Source: Lysobacterales bacterium (lineage in GTDB: Bacteria; Pseudomonadota; Gammaproteobacteria; Xanthomonadales; Xanthomonadaceae). Taken from it: DNA of 64,000 nt. A program made the translations under genes and the position numbers. The notes below the pieces were generated by a model that had not been told where the DNA came from, searched no databases, and worked only from the letters and a program-made list of their open reading frames with translations. Location: positions 947-64,946 of the forward strand of contig JBBSUF010000001.1 in NCBI GenBank assembly GCA_038235185.1, given 5' to 3'. Within the stretch, counting starts at the first letter, position 1. Every line of letters begins with the position of its first letter. This document shows, piece after piece, positions 49,751 through 61,548 of this stretch.

Positions 49751-50128
49751 TCAGCGGATCAGATAATCCTCGAGCTTCCTGCCCTTGGCGACTTCCGCGG
49801 CCAGCCAGCGGGGTTGTTGGCCGCGACCGGCCCAGGTTTCAGTGGCGTTCTGGGGATTGCGGTATTTCGGGGCGACCTTGCCGGTCGATTTTCCTTTTGT
49901 CGTCTTTCTGGCCTTGTTAGGAGCCGCTTTGTCAGCGCGGCTGCTGGACGGAACCGCGCTGCCGAACAACTCGGCGATCGTATAACCCTCGCTCTTGGCC
50001 AACTGCACAAGTTTGTTGCGCACCGTGCTCAAGGGCTTGCGCTTGCTCAGGGTGATCTTGCGCTTGTTGGCTTGGTTGATCAGGTTCTGCAATTCGCGGG
50101 CGGAAAGTTTATTGACATCGATCGACAT
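49751..50128 (-). CDS. H-NS family nucleoid-associated protein
   Basis: KVAPKYRNP, TWAGRGQQPRW DNA-binding motif. Confidence 0.92.
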   Translation of the reverse strand: MSIDVNKLSARELQNLINQANKRKITLSKRKPLSTVRNKLVQLAKSEGYTIAELFGSAVPSSSRADKAAPNKARKTTKGKSTGKVAPKYRNPQNATETWAGRGQQPRWLAAEVAKGRKLEDYLIR

Positions 50129-50184
50129 GGGTTTTCCAGAAAGCCGGGCGGGTTGGTCTAGCCATTACATCGCATATGCAGACA

Positions 50185-51906
50185 TTATTTGGCAGGAATC
50201 AACTTCATCATCAGCGCTTGTCGGTCCAGCTGCTCGGAATCGCCACTGCTGCGTGCGCGATATTCGAACGTCCCGGCAGTCAGGCCACGCTCGGAGACCA
50301 CGACGCGATGCGGAATGCCGATCAGTTCGATATCCGCGAACATCGCGCCGGCACGCAGGCCGCGATCATCCAGCACGGTATCCACGCCACTGGCGAGCAG
50401 CTCCCGGTATAACGCATCCGCTGCCTCGGCAACCGCCGGGTCGTTCTTCGGATTGATGACGCATACGGCCACCTGCCACGGCGCCATTGCCGCCGGCCAC
50501 ACGATGCCCGCATCGTCATGGTTCTGCTCGATCGCGGCCGCCACGATGCGCGACACGCCGATGCCGTAACAGCCCATTGCCGGGGTCACGGCCTTGCCGT
50601 TGGAATCCAGCACCGTGCAGGCCATCGCCTGCGCATAGGTGCAGCCGAGCTGGAAGACGTGGCCGACTTCGATACCGCGCGCCAACCCCAGCGTTCCGCG
50701 CCCATCGGGGGACGGATCGCCAGCGACCACGTTGCGGATGTCGGCGACAAGATCCGGCTCGGGCAAGTCGCGCCCCCAGTTCACCCCTGTCAGGTGGTAG
50801 CCCGTTTCATTGGCGCCGACCACGAAATCGGCCAAGGCCGCGACGTCGCGGTCGGCAATGACGCGGATGGATTTACGCGGCGCGACCGGTCCGAGGAAAC
50901 CGGGTTCGCTGCCAAGGTGCTCGGAGATTTCGGCTTCGGTCGCCAAACGGTAATTGGACAATCCGGTCAGCTTCGCCAGCTTGATTTCATTGACGACGTG
51001 ATCGCCGCGCACCAGTGCCAAGACGAATTGTCCGACCGTGCCTGCAGCGCCCTGCGTCATCAGCGCGACGGACTTCACCGTTCGCGGTAGCGGCAACGCA
51101 AGCAGCGCGGCAACGTCTTCGCAGGTTTTCTGCGTGGGTGTTTCTACTTTCCGCATCGCCTGGGAAGGGTTCGCACGCGCACCGGGCGCGGCAGACATCG
51201 CGGTTTCGACATTGGCGGCGTAATCGGAGCCGTCCGAAAATGCGATGGCGTCCTCGCCCGAGTCCGCAAGCACGTGGAACTCCTGCGACGCATCGCCGCC
51301 GATGGCGCCGGAATCCGCCTGCACCGCTCGGAACTTCAGCCCCAGCCGGGTGAAGATACGGCTGTAGGCGGCGATCATGTTTCGGTATTCAAGCTCCAGC
51401 CCGGCGTCGTCGATGTGGAATGAGTACGCGTCCTTCATCAGGAACTCGCGCGCACGCATGATGCCGAAACGCGGCCGGATCTCGTCTCGGAACTTGGTCT
51501 GGATCTGGTAGAAATTGATCGGTAGCTGCTTGTAGCTGGCCAGCTCGTTGCGCGCGAAGTCGGTGATGACTTCCTCGGCGGTCGGGCCATAGCAGTATTC
51601 GGCGTCCTTGCGATCCTTGATCTTGAGCAGCTGGCCGCCGAACTTCTGCCAGCGCCCGGTTTCCTCCCACAACTCACGCGGTTGGATCGAGGGCATCAGC
51701 AATTCAATCGCCCCGGCACGATCCATTTCGTCGCGCACCACCTGCTCGACCTTCCGCAGCACGCGCAGGCCCAGTGGCGACCAGGTGTAGATGCCGGCGG
51801 CAAGCTTGCGCAGCATGCCTGCCTTGAGCATCAGCTTGTGGCTGATGATTTCGGCGTCGGCAGGCGTTTCCTTGCTGGTGCGGAGGTGGAACTGCGACAG
51901 GCGCAT
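50185..51906 (-). CDS. proS: Proline--tRNA ligase
   Basis: [28 protein letters not shown] editing domain, [21 protein letters not shown]. Confidence 0.97.
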   Translation of the reverse strand: MRLSQFHLRTSKETPADAEIISHKLMLKAGMLRKLAAGIYTWSPLGLRVLRKVEQVVRDEMDRAGAIELLMPSIQPRELWEETGRWQKFGGQLLKIKDRKDAEYCYGPTAEEVITDFARNELASYKQLPINFYQIQTKFRDEIRPRFGIMRAREFLMKDAYSFHIDDAGLELEYRNMIAAYSRIFTRLGLKFRAVQADSGAIGGDASQEFHVLADSGEDAIAFSDGSDYAANVETAMSAAPGARANPSQAMRKVETPTQKTCEDVAALLALPLPRTVKSVALMTQGAAGTVGQFVLALVRGDHVVNEIKLAKLTGLSNYRLATEAEISEHLGSEPGFLGPVAPRKSIRVIADRDVAALADFVVGANETGYHLTGVNWGRDLPEPDLVADIRNVVAGDPSPDGRGTLGLARGIEVGHVFQLGCTYAQAMACTVLDSNGKAVTPAMGCYGIGVSRIVAAAIEQNHDDAGIVWPAAMAPWQVAVCVINPKNDPAVAEAADALYRELLASGVDTVLDDRGLRAGAMFADIELIGIPHRVVVSERGLTAGTFEYRARSSGDSEQLDRQALMMKLIPAK

Positions 51907-51992
51907 CAGGCTGCTTCAACAAAAGGGATGCGCAGTTTGCCACGCAAGCCTGCGTGGCTTCACCCGCACCTGCGGACACCCCCTTTGGCGTG

Positions 51993-52421
51993 TTACCTGG
52001 GCGCGGCGGCCTTGTCGGCCACGGCCGTCTCACAGGTGACCTTCAAGGTCGCTTGCGCCAGTTGCATCTGGTTGGCGCGGTCATCAGCGGACAAGGTCTT
52101 GTCGGGCTTGCCATCGCCGTTGCTGTCGATCTGCACCGCTTCCTTGCCCTGCAGCAGCGCCATGTTCTTGCGCGCGATGTCGCAGGAAGGATTTTCGGTA
52201 GGCTTTGCAGCCGGCTTGGCGTCACCCACATCCACCTGGTCGTTGTGGATGGTACGGGTCCTGTAGGCGCCCGTGGCGGGCGGGGTGCTGCTGTACTGGG
52301 TGACGCCGTGGGCGTCCTTCCACTGATAAACGTCGCCCGCATTTGCGGTTGCACAGACGGCCAGGGCGAGCAGGCCCAGCGTCAAGGCACGTTTCTTCAT
52401 GACAAGGTGTGGACGTTGCAT
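51993..52421 (-). CDS. DUF4124 domain secreted protein
   Basis: Signal peptide, VYQWKDAHGVTQYSSTPP; alternative start at 52400. Confidence 0.8.
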   Translation of the reverse strand: MQRPHLVMKKRALTLGLLALAVCATANAGDVYQWKDAHGVTQYSSTPPATGAYRTRTIHNDQVDVGDAKPAAKPTENPSCDIARKNMALLQGKEAVQIDSNGDGKPDKTLSADDRANQMQLAQATLKVTCETAVADKAAAPR

Positions 52422-52564
52422 GGGAAATTCCTGGAGTCACGTGGGTGCGGGGAGCGATTGCAGCACCGCATGCACCCCGGCGCAAGCGACCGGTCCACAA
52501 AACCCCTGATTGGTTCAGCTGCCCGGACGGTGTCCGGGTCCGCGGTGGCAGCTACACTGCCCCG

Positions 52565-53335
52565 ATGAACGACGTGCCCCCCCAGCGTCCACGCAGCCGC
52601 GGCATTTACCTGCTGCCCAACCTGTTCACGACAGGCGGCTTGTTCGGCGGCTTTTTTGCGATCATCGCCGCCTCCCAAGGCCGGTTCGAGGCCGCTTGCG
52701 TGGCAATTTTCATCGCCTCGGTACTGGATGGGATCGACGGCCGTGTCGCGCGAATGACCAACACCCAGACCGAGTTCGGCGTGCAATACGATTCGCTGGC
52801 CGACCTGGTCAGCTTCGGCATGGCGCCGTCGCTGGTGATGTATTACTGGGCGCTGTCGGCATTGAAGCTCGATGGCGTCACTGCGGGCAAGATTGGCTGG
52901 CTGACGTCGTTCCTGTATGCCGCATGCGCTGCGTTGCGGCTGGCGCGATTCAACAGCCAGGTGGCCCAGGTCGACAAGCGCTGGTTCATCGGCCTTGCCA
53001 GCCCCGCCGCCGCAGGGATGATGGCGAGTTTCGTCTGGACATGCGTGGAGTTCGGATGGGCCGGCGAACAGCTGCGTTACGTCGCGATCGCGGTGACTGT
53101 CGTCGCCGCATTGCTGATGGTCAGCCGCATCCGCTACAGCAGTTTCAAGGGACCGCGTGGCCCGAAAGGCGATCGCGTGCCGTTCTGGGCCATCGTGCTG
53201 GCATTGGCGGTGTTGATCGCATTGGTGCTGGATCCGCCGCTGATGTTGCTGACCGCAACCACCGTGTACGCCATATCCGGACCGGTGCTCTGGTTGCGGC
53301 GTCGGCGCGGCGCCTCACCGATGCAGAACGGTTGA
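52565..53335 (+). CDS. pssA: CDP-diacylglycerol--serine O-phosphatidyltransferase
   Basis: GIYLLPNLFT, DGIDGRVAR...G.QYDSLADLVSFG, LRLARFN. Confidence 0.93.
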   Translation: MNDVPPQRPRSRGIYLLPNLFTTGGLFGGFFAIIAASQGRFEAACVAIFIASVLDGIDGRVARMTNTQTEFGVQYDSLADLVSFGMAPSLVMYYWALSALKLDGVTAGKIGWLTSFLYAACAALRLARFNSQVAQVDKRWFIGLASPAAAGMMASFVWTCVEFGWAGEQLRYVAIAVTVVAALLMVSRIRYSSFKGPRGPKGDRVPFWAIVLALAVLIALVLDPPLMLLTATTVYAISGPVLWLRRRRGASPMQNG

Positions 53336-53340
53336 CCGCA

Positions 53341-53589
53341 ATGTGGGACCCCTGCCAGCGCGAAATCCTCGTGGCGCTCGGTTGCGCGCCCTGGGTGCTT
53401 GCCCCGCCTGAAATTCCCGATGATCCGTTGCTGCGTGCGCTGTTGCATGCGGCCGGCCGCACCCCGGACGCCAGCGATGTCGCGGCCGTGCTGCGCATGC
53501 TGCCGCCGACCAGCAGCCTGCTCGGAAATCCTGGCGCCAAGCGTGCGTTGTGGCCGCGGTTGCGACAGCTGCGCCGAACCCCGCAATGA
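53341..53589 (+). CDS. 82-aa protein, probable minimal DNA polymerase III psi (HolD-like) subunit
   Basis: QREILVALGCAPWVL and LLGNPGAKRALWPRL; stop overlaps the rimI start. Confidence 0.55.
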   Translation: MWDPCQREILVALGCAPWVLAPPEIPDDPLLRALLHAAGRTPDASDVAAVLRMLPPTSSLLGNPGAKRALWPRLRQLRRTPQ

Positions 53590-54071
53590 ATGCGCGCACG
53601 CGCGATGTCGAACCATCGCCATCCACCAGCCTGCGGCCGATGCGCGAAGAAGACCTGGACGCGGTGCTGGAGATCGAGCTGCGGGCGTATCCATTCCCAT
53701 GGACGCGCGGGATCTTCCAGGATTGCCTGCGCGCGAGTTACCCGGCATGGGTCTTGCACCGCGAAGGCACCATGATCGGATACGGGATGTTGAGCATGGC
53801 TGCCGATGAGGCGCATGTGCTCAATGTCTGCGCTGCGCCCGAGGAGCAAGGGCGCGGCCACGGCCGTCGGCTGTTGCGTACCCTGCTGCAGCAGGCGCGC
53901 ACACGTGGCGCGCAGCGGGTGTTCCTGGAAGTACGCCCCTCCAATACCGGGGCGATTGCGCTGTATCACGCCGAAGGCTTCAACGAGATCGGCCGGCGAC
54001 CGCGGTATTACCCCGCCAAAGCGGGGCGTGAGGACGCCATCGTGATGGCCAAGGAACTGTTCGTCGACTGA
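53586..54071 (+). CDS. rimI: Ribosomal protein S18 alanine N-acetyltransferase
   Basis: YPFPWT, EAHVLNV, QGRGHG, FLEVRPSN, R.RYY...REDAIVM. Confidence 0.93.
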   Translation: MNARTRDVEPSPSTSLRPMREEDLDAVLEIELRAYPFPWTRGIFQDCLRASYPAWVLHREGTMIGYGMLSMAADEAHVLNVCAAPEEQGRGHGRRLLRTLLQQARTRGAQRVFLEVRPSNTGAIALYHAEGFNEIGRRPRYYPAKAGREDAIVMAKELFVD

Positions 54072-54076
54072 GCGTT

Positions 54077-56938
54077 TCAGATCTTCGCGCGCTGCGTGGC
54101 AAGCGCATCGCGCTGCATCGTCCAGTCCAGCAAGCGCTGGCGCTCCAGCTCGACGACTGCAGGTGGCGCGTGCTGCACGAACGTGTCGCTGGCGAGTTTC
54201 CCGCGCGACTTTTCGATCTCGCCCTCGACCCGTTTGAGTTCCTTGTCCAGCCGCGCGCGTTCTGCGCCGAGGTCGACCAGGCCTTCGAGCGGTACCAGCA
54301 ACTTCAACTCGCCCACCACGGCTGAAGCCGAAGCGGGCGCATGGGTCGCATCGGTAATGAACTCAATGCGTTCTAGTTTGTTGAGGAAGCGCAGTTGCTG
54401 GCCGAAGCGCTCCACGCGCGCGCGGTCGTTGGCGTTGCCATCGGCCAGCAGCAGCGTGACCTGTTTGGCTGGCGGCACGTTGAGCTCGCTACGCAGCTTG
54501 CGCAAGCCCGTCACCATCTCCTTCAGCCATTCGATATCGGCTTGCGCATCGCCTTGGGCAACGGTGAAATCCGACGCCTGTGGATACGGGCGCACCATGA
54601 TCGTGGTGTCGGTGATTCCCAATCTCGGAGCCACTGACAGCCACAATTCCTCGGTGACGAAGGGAATCAGCGGATGTAGTAGCGACAACAGGCGCTCGAG
54701 CACGAACAACAATGTATGGCGGGTACTGTTTGCGGCTTCTATAGCCGCGCCATTGAGCGCGGGCTTCGCAAGCTCGACGAACCAGTCGCAGAAATCGTTC
54801 CACGCGAATTCGTATAGCGCCTGCGCCAGCAGGTCGAATCGGTAGTTGGCGAAATGCGTTTGCGCCTGCGCGGCGGTGTTTGCCAATTGCGCCAGGATCC
54901 AGCGCTCGGCATCCGTGCGCGGCTGCGGCGGCCCACTGAACGTCGCGCCTTCGGTATTCATCAGCACGAAGCGAGTTGCATTCCACAGCTTGTTGCAGAA
55001 ATTCTTGTAGCCCTCGGCACGGCCGAGATCGAATTTGATGTCGCGTCCATGCCCGGCGAGCGCGGCCATGGTGAAGCGTAATGCGTCCGCGCCAAATGCC
55101 GGAATCCCGTCAGGAAATTCCTTGCGCGTTGCCTTTTCGATCTTCGGCGCGTCCTTCGGATTCATCAGCCCAGTCGTGCGCTTGGCGAGTAGCTCGTCGA
55201 GAGTGATGCCGTCGATGAGATCCAGCGGATCGAGCACGTTGCCCTTCGACTTCGACATCTTCTTCCCGTCCTTGTCGCGGACGAGGCCGGTGATGTAGAC
55301 ATCGTGGAAGGGAACTTCACCCACCAGCTTGTCCGTCATCATGATCATCCGGGCGACCCAGAAGAAAATGATGTCGAAGCCGGTCACCAGCACCGACGAC
55401 GGCACGAATTTTTCAAAGCCGCGTTCGTGCATCAACGCCTGGTTCGGCCAGCCCATCGTGCTGACCGGCCAAAGGGCCGACGAGAACCAGGTCTCCAGCA
55501 CATCGTTGTCCTGCGACAACGCGACACCGGCATCGAGCGAATGCCTGGCGCGGACTTCGGCTTCACTGCGTCCGACGTAGATCCTGCCCTGCGCGTCGTA
55601 CCAGGCCGGAATGCGATGACCCCACCACAGCTGGCGGCTGATGCACCAGTCCTGGATGTTTTCCATCCAGTGGCGATAGGTGTTGATCCAGTTAGCGGGG
55701 ACGAACTTGATTGCACCCGTCTCAGCGAGCTCAAGGCCTTTCGCTCCCAGCGTGTCCATCTTCACGAACCATTGGTCCGTGAGGTACGGCTCGATCGCCT
55801 GCCCGCTACGATCACCACGCGGCACCTGAAGTTTGTGCGGTTTGGTTTCGACCAGCAGGCCTGCGATCTCGAGATCTGCGAGCACGAGTTTGCGTGCGTC
55901 GTAGCGGTCAAGGCCCCAGTACTTCTGAGGTATTCCAACATCCATGGCCATCGCATCGGCGGCCATCGTTAGAGTTGGCGTCTTGGCGTTCTCTGCGCCA
56001 CGACGCTGCTTCCATGAAATGTTGTCTATAACTTTTGCATCGGGCGTAAAGATATTGATTAACGGCAACGAGTGACGCTTGCCCACTGCGTAATCGTTGA
56101 AGTCATGCGCAGGCGTCACCTTCACCACGCCAGTGCCGAATTCGCGATCGACATAGTCGTCGGCAATCACGGGAATTAGTCTTCCCGTGAGCGGCAGCGT
56201 CACGGTCTTGCCGACCAGGTGCGTGTAGCGCTCGTCGTCCGGATGCACCATCACCGCGGTATCGCCCAGCATGGTTTCCGGGCGCGTGGTCGCGACCACC
56301 AGCGAACCGCTGCCATCGCTGAGCGGATAGGAGATCGACCACAGGAAGCCGTCCTCTTCCTCGTTGACGACTTCCAGGTCAGAGATCGCGGTCTTCAGTA
56401 CCGGATCCCAGTTGACCAGGCGCTGGCCGCGATAGATCAGGCCCTCTTCGTGCAGGCGCACGAAGGCCTCGACCACGGCCTCGGCGGGCATCGGATCCAT
56501 GGTGAACGCACTGCGCGACCAGTCACCGGAGGTGCCCATTCGGCGCATCTGCCGCTCGATGGTATGACCGGATTGTTCGCGCCATTCCCAGACTTTTTCG
56601 ATGAACCCGTCGCGGCCGAGTGAATCGCGGGTTTCGTTCTTGCCTTCCAGCTTGAGGTTGCGCGACACCACCATCTCGGTGGCGATGCCGGCGTGGTCGG
56701 TGCCCAACTGCCACAGCGTATCGAAGCCACGCATGCGGTGGTAACGGATCAACGCATCCTGCAGCGTGTACTGGAAGGCATGCCCCATGTGCAGGGTGCC
56801 GGTGACGTTCGGCGGCGGCAGCAGGATGCAGTAGGGCTCACCCTTGCCGCTGGGTTTGAACACGCCGCTGGATTCCCACTGCGCATACAGGCGCGCTTCG
56901 AACTGGGTGGGGTCGTAACCGGGGGCAAGCGCAGTCAT
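54077..56938 (-). CDS. valS: Valine--tRNA ligase
   Basis: [31 protein letters not shown]-terminal coiled coil. Confidence 0.97.
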   Translation of the reverse strand: MTALAPGYDPTQFEARLYAQWESSGVFKPSGKGEPYCILLPPPNVTGTLHMGHAFQYTLQDALIRYHRMRGFDTLWQLGTDHAGIATEMVVSRNLKLEGKNETRDSLGRDGFIEKVWEWREQSGHTIERQMRRMGTSGDWSRSAFTMDPMPAEAVVEAFVRLHEEGLIYRGQRLVNWDPVLKTAISDLEVVNEEEDGFLWSISYPLSDGSGSLVVATTRPETMLGDTAVMVHPDDERYTHLVGKTVTLPLTGRLIPVIADDYVDREFGTGVVKVTPAHDFNDYAVGKRHSLPLINIFTPDAKVIDNISWKQRRGAENAKTPTLTMAADAMAMDVGIPQKYWGLDRYDARKLVLADLEIAGLLVETKPHKLQVPRGDRSGQAIEPYLTDQWFVKMDTLGAKGLELAETGAIKFVPANWINTYRHWMENIQDWCISRQLWWGHRIPAWYDAQGRIYVGRSEAEVRARHSLDAGVALSQDNDVLETWFSSALWPVSTMGWPNQALMHERGFEKFVPSSVLVTGFDIIFFWVARMIMMTDKLVGEVPFHDVYITGLVRDKDGKKMSKSKGNVLDPLDLIDGITLDELLAKRTTGLMNPKDAPKIEKATRKEFPDGIPAFGADALRFTMAALAGHGRDIKFDLGRAEGYKNFCNKLWNATRFVLMNTEGATFSGPPQPRTDAERWILAQLANTAAQAQTHFANYRFDLLAQALYEFAWNDFCDWFVELAKPALNGAAIEAANSTRHTLLFVLERLLSLLHPLIPFVTEELWLSVAPRLGITDTTIMVRPYPQASDFTVAQGDAQADIEWLKEMVTGLRKLRSELNVPPAKQVTLLLADGNANDRARVERFGQQLRFLNKLERIEFITDATHAPASASAVVGELKLLVPLEGLVDLGAERARLDKELKRVEGEIEKSRGKLASDTFVQHAPPAVVELERQRLLDWTMQRDALATQRAKI

Positions 56939-56948
56939 CAGGGTGGCA

Positions 56949-57371
56949 TCACATGTCGAATTTCTTGAGGTCCAGGCCACGCGCCTTGTACTGCTTCCAG
57001 CGCTCGCGCAGTGGTTCGCGCGCGGACTCGTCGGCGGGCACGACTTCCAGCACGCGATCGAAATTACCTTCGACCGCGGCATCGCGCAGGTTGATGACCA
57101 GCGCGCGCATGGGTGCGTCGATCGCAGGAGTGGCAATCAGGATCGGCGTGGAGTCGTCTTCCTCGTCGCCGGCGACCTGATGCGGGATGTAGGCGTCGTC
57201 ACCCATGTCCCACAACATTTCGTCGAGCGCTTCGGCTTGTTCGTCGTCGCGCGCCAGCACAAGCGTCCACAGGTCGGCCTCGAACGCCTTCTTCGCCAGT
57301 TCGCAGACCAGCCGCAAGGGTTCCTCGCGGAAACGCGGCTTGGCGATCAGGTAGAAATCAGCGCGGGGCAC
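56949..57371 (-). CDS. holC: DNA polymerase III chi subunit
   Basis: [25 protein letters not shown]; pepA-holC-valS synteny. Confidence 0.92.
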   Translation of the reverse strand: MPRADFYLIAKPRFREEPLRLVCELAKKAFEADLWTLVLARDDEQAEALDEMLWDMGDDAYIPHQVAGDEEDDSTPILIATPAIDAPMRALVINLRDAAVEGNFDRVLEVVPADESAREPLRERWKQYKARGLDLKKFDM

Positions 57372-57375
57372 TCCG

Positions 57376-58869
57376 TCACGCCGCGCGATCGATCAACCAT
57401 TGCGACAACAATCCCACTGGCCGCCCGGTTGCCATGCCCATCTTGCCGTCGCCATTCGCCACGCCGGCGATATCCAGGTGCGCCCAGCGCTGGCCTTCGG
57501 TGAAGCGCGACAGGAAGCAGCCCGCGGTGATCGCCCCGGCCCAGCGTCCGCCGATGTTGTAGACGTCGGCGAAGGTCGAATCCAGCATCGACTGGTATTC
57601 ATCCCACAGCGGAAGCCGCCAGGCGCGGTCGAAGGTGTCTTCGCCGGCAGCAAGCAGTTCACCGGCCAGATCGTCGTGCTTGCTCATCAGGCCCGTCGCG
57701 AACTTGCCGAGCGCGACCACGCAGGCGCCCGTCAACGTAGCAACGTCGAGCAGCGCCTGTGGCTCGAAGCGCTGCGCATACGTCAGCGCGTCGCACAGGA
57801 TCAATCGGCCTTCGGCATCGGTGTTGCCGACCTCGATGGTTTTACCGGACATGCTGGTGAGCACATCGGATGGACGATAGGCATTGCCGTCGGGCATGTT
57901 CTCCACCGCCGGAACGATCACGACCAGGTTGATCGGCAACTGCATGCCGACCACGGACACGAACGTGCCCATGACAGTCGCCGCGCCGCACATGTCGTAC
58001 TTCATCTCCTCGACGCCACCCTGGGTCTTGAGGTTGATGCCGCCGGTATCGAAAGTGATGCCCTTGCCGACCATCACGAAGGGTTTTGCAGCGCCGCCGC
58101 CGCTGTACTTCAGGACGATGAGCTTGGGAGGATTGGACGAACCCAGGGACACGGCCAGCAGCGATCCCATGCCCAGCGCCTGCATCTGTTCGCGATCCAG
58201 GACTTCGCAGGAGGTGCTGTCGAAACGCGATGCAAACTGCTGCGCCTGCTGCGCCAGGTAGGCCGGATTGCAGATGTTGGGCGGCAGGTTGCCCAGTTCG
58301 CGGGTGAATGCAACGCCCGCGGCGATCGCCTGGCCTTGCGCGAGTGCCTGGGCGTCGTTGCCAGTGATGACCAATGATGCCAAGCCGGTTTCGTCGCGCT
58401 TCTTGCTCTTGGCGCCGAGGGTTGCGGTATAGCGATAGCAGGCGTGGGCGGCGGCGATCGCCGCCTGGCGTACATTCCACGCGGCATCGCGACCCGGCAC
58501 GGAAAGTTCGGAGAGCGTCAGCAGTGCGCTCTTCGACGCGCCGGTGCGCAATGCGCGCGCGGCGTCGCCAACTGCCTTCAAATATTGCGGTACGCCGAAT
58601 TTCGCTGATTCGCCGAGGCCGACCACCAGGACGCGTGGGGACTTCACGCCGGCCAGGTCATACACCCAGACGGTACTGCCCGTCTTGCCGTTGATGTCTC
58701 CGCGGGCTGCCAGGTCCCTGAGCTTGCCGCCGCTTGCCGTGTCCAGTGCCTGCGCGGTCGGGCTCATCATCGGGACAGCTGGAGCGTCGTCGGCAAAGAC
58801 GCCTACCACGATGCAGTCGGTGATGGCATCGGCGGGCGCGGCGTGGTTCAGGCTGAATTCTAGGGACAT
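57376..58869 (-). CDS. pepA: Leucyl aminopeptidase (M17)
   Basis: [35 protein letters not shown]. Confidence 0.95.
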   Translation of the reverse strand: MSLEFSLNHAAPADAITDCIVVGVFADDAPAVPMMSPTAQALDTASGGKLRDLAARGDINGKTGSTVWVYDLAGVKSPRVLVVGLGESAKFGVPQYLKAVGDAARALRTGASKSALLTLSELSVPGRDAAWNVRQAAIAAAHACYRYTATLGAKSKKRDETGLASLVITGNDAQALAQGQAIAAGVAFTRELGNLPPNICNPAYLAQQAQQFASRFDSTSCEVLDREQMQALGMGSLLAVSLGSSNPPKLIVLKYSGGGAAKPFVMVGKGITFDTGGINLKTQGGVEEMKYDMCGAATVMGTFVSVVGMQLPINLVVIVPAVENMPDGNAYRPSDVLTSMSGKTIEVGNTDAEGRLILCDALTYAQRFEPQALLDVATLTGACVVALGKFATGLMSKHDDLAGELLAAGEDTFDRAWRLPLWDEYQSMLDSTFADVYNIGGRWAGAITAGCFLSRFTEGQRWAHLDIAGVANGDGKMGMATGRPVGLLSQWLIDRAA

Positions 58870-59030
58870 CGAGCAGATTCCAAAGGGTGGGGTGTTGAGT
58901 TCCGTACAATCGTGCGGCCTTCGTCCGACATACCAGGGCAGCTTGGCCGCAGGTCGACGAAACCAGCCCCGAAGTTTAAAGCAACCCCGCTCGATCCGAC
59001 CCTCACACACCCAGAAGTTCCCGGCGCCTG

Positions 59031-60146
59031 ATGCCCAGACTAGATCGTTATCTGTTCCGCGAATTCAGCCAGTCCACCTTCGCCGCGCTGGTGGTGCTGC
59101 TGATGGTCAGCCTGGGCGGGATATTTGCCGACGTGCTTGGCGACGTCGCCCGCGGTCGAGTGCCGGCCGGGTTGATGCTGTCGCAACTGGGCCTGCAGCT
59201 GATCCGCTACCTTCCCCTGGTGCTGCCATTGGGCCTGATGCTTGGACTGTTGCTTGCGACCGGCCGCCTCTATCGCGATGCCGAAATGCCGGTGCTGAAT
59301 TCCATGGGGATCGGCCCCACGCGAATGCTGCGTCCACTGCTGATGCTGGCGCTGCCGATCGTGGCGGTCATCGCGCTGTGCTCGCTGTGGTTCGGCCCGT
59401 GGGCCCGGCGCACGTCCCAGGAGATGATCATCGCTGGCAGCCGCAGCCTGCTGGTGTCGGGCATGGAGCCCGGCCGCTTCACCGAATTGCCTGGCGGCGG
59501 CGGGGTGGTCTACGTGGGCGCGATGTCCAACGACGGCCGCAAGCTCACGCGGGTGTTTGTCTACAAGCAGAAAGGCGATCGCATGGACGTCACCACCGCG
59601 CGCAGCGGTTCATTGTCATTCGCCGACCACAATGATCGCTACCTGACGCTGGACGACGGCTTCCGGGTCGAAGGCCCGCTCGAGGCTGGTCGCGATTTCC
59701 GCATGATGCGCTATGCCAGCAATGCGATGCGCATGCCGCAAACGACCGACAGGCACGATGGTTTCGATCCGCAGGGCATGTCAACGCCGGAGTTGCTGAG
59801 CGATCCGCGTCGCGAGGCAGGTGCGCAACTCCACTACCGGTTGGCGCCTCCGCTGCTGGCGCTGGCGTTCGCGCTGCTGGCAGTGCCGTTGGCGCGTAGT
59901 TCGCCCCGGCAGGCACGATATGGGAGGCTGTTGATGGGCTTCCTGGTGTATGTGGTCAGCATCAACCTGATGTCGCTGGGCACCGACGGGCTGGCCAGTG
60001 GCAAGCTGCCGATGGCCTTGGGCCTGTGGTGGCTGGTGTTGCCGACACTGGCGATGTCGCTGTGGGTGTACCTGCGCGATGGACGCATGCGTCCCAGCCG
60101 TGGGTTTCCCGCCGTATCAAATGTCACGCCGGGAGCGCCGCGATGA
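59031..60146 (+). CDS. lptF: LPS export ABC transporter permease LptF
   Basis: [29 protein letters not shown]; divergent from pepA. Confidence 0.92.
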   Translation: MPRLDRYLFREFSQSTFAALVVLLMVSLGGIFADVLGDVARGRVPAGLMLSQLGLQLIRYLPLVLPLGLMLGLLLATGRLYRDAEMPVLNSMGIGPTRMLRPLLMLALPIVAVIALCSLWFGPWARRTSQEMIIAGSRSLLVSGMEPGRFTELPGGGGVVYVGAMSNDGRKLTRVFVYKQKGDRMDVTTARSGSLSFADHNDRYLTLDDGFRVEGPLEAGRDFRMMRYASNAMRMPQTTDRHDGFDPQGMSTPELLSDPRREAGAQLHYRLAPPLLALAFALLAVPLARSSPRQARYGRLLMGFLVYVVSINLMSLGTDGLASGKLPMALGLWWLVLPTLAMSLWVYLRDGRMRPSRGFPAVSNVTPGAPR

Positions 60147-61252
60147 AGCCGTTCCCGAAGATCCATGACCTTTACATCGGGCGGGTCCTGTTCGGCACCG
60201 TGTTGCTGACCTGGCTGGTCCTGGTGGGGATGGATGCACTCATCGGTGGTGGCGGTGTGCTCGCCGAAGCCAGCGATGTGGGCAAGGGCGATTACAACTT
60301 CGCCAAGATGCTGGTCAATGTCTTTTACACATTGCCGCGCCGCGCGTACACATTGTTCCCAACCGCTGCCGTGATTGGCACGCTGATGGGGCTGGGCCAG
60401 CTGGCTGCCAGTTCGGAATTGACCGCGTTACGCGCGCTGGGTTTGTCACGCCGCCGCGTCGGCGTTGCCGTGGCGGCAGCACTTGCGGTGCTCACGCTGC
60501 TGATGGTGATCAACGGCGAAACCCTCTCGCCATGGGGTCAGCGTCGCGCCGATGGACTGAAGGCATCGGCAAAATCCAAGGACATGATCGTTGCTGAATA
60601 TTCCGGCTTGTGGGCGCGCGAGGGCGATACCTTCCTCAACGCGCAGAGCGGGCAGGAGCGCAATGATGGCAAGCAGCACTGGCTGGAGTTGCGCGACGTA
60701 CGCCTGTACGAGTTCGACCCCGCCGGTCGGCTGCAATCGATTGCCCGTGCAGGAAGTGCCGAGCATCGCCGCGGTGGCTGGCTGCTCCACAACGTCAAGC
60801 GCAGTTATTTCGATGCGCGATCGGTGACCCAGACCGATGTCCAGGAAGAACACTGGGCATCCAAGCTCGACGACACGTCATTGGCGGCCAGCGTCACACA
60901 GCCTGGTTACCTGCGCGCGAGCGAGCTGCGCAGCGGCATTGAATACCGTCAGCGCAACGGTCTTGATGCCGGTGAATTCGAGGAAAATTACTGGGGCCGC
61001 TGGTTCTATCCCATCAACGTGCTGGCCTTGTGCCTGGCGGCGATTCCGTTCGCGTTCGGCAGCCTGCGCAGTGGCGGGTTGGGCAAGCGATTGTTCATCG
61101 GAATTGTCTTCGCGCTGGGCTTCTGGTTGCTGCAGACGCAGTTCGTGAAGCTCGCTGGCGTCTACAAGTTCGACTACCGAATCGCGTACCTGGTGCCGCC
61201 GGCAGTGATGCTGGCGGTGTCGGCGGTATTGTTTCGACGGCGCAGCGGATAA
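60143..61252 (+). CDS. lptG: LPS export ABC transporter permease LptG
   Basis: LGQLAASSELTALRALG, GLWAREG, FGSLRSGG. Confidence 0.92.
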   Translation: MKPFPKIHDLYIGRVLFGTVLLTWLVLVGMDALIGGGGVLAEASDVGKGDYNFAKMLVNVFYTLPRRAYTLFPTAAVIGTLMGLGQLAASSELTALRALGLSRRRVGVAVAAALAVLTLLMVINGETLSPWGQRRADGLKASAKSKDMIVAEYSGLWAREGDTFLNAQSGQERNDGKQHWLELRDVRLYEFDPAGRLQSIARAGSAEHRRGGWLLHNVKRSYFDARSVTQTDVQEEHWASKLDDTSLAASVTQPGYLRASELRSGIEYRQRNGLDAGEFEENYWGRWFYPINVLALCLAAIPFAFGSLRSGGLGKRLFIGIVFALGFWLLQTQFVKLAGVYKFDYRIAYLVPPAVMLAVSAVLFRRRSG

Positions 61253-61323
61253 GCCTATTCGGCCCCTCTGTCCTGTGATCACGGCTGCTAAACTGCAAGC
61301 TCGCCCGATACCGACGTTTCGCC

Positions 61324-61530
61324 ATGACCGACACCATCCCGCACATTGCCTCCGCACCCGCCAATGCGCAGCAGCGGTATGACGTGCGGGCGGCGGACTT
61401 GCCGTTGAGTTGCCCGTTGCCGTCGATGGCATTGTGGAATTCGCATCCGCGCGTGTACCTGCCGATTGCCCAGGACGGTGGCGAAGCGCAGTGTCCGTAT
61501 TGCGGGGCGCATTTTTTTCTCGTCGACTGA
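61324..61530 (+). CDS. zf-CHCC zinc-finger protein
   Basis: LSCP...WNSHPRVYL...CPYCG. Confidence 0.85.
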   Translation: MTDTIPHIASAPANAQQRYDVRAADLPLSCPLPSMALWNSHPRVYLPIAQDGGEAQCPYCGAHFFLVD

Positions 61531-61548
61531 CCGCATGGGCTGGCGCGC

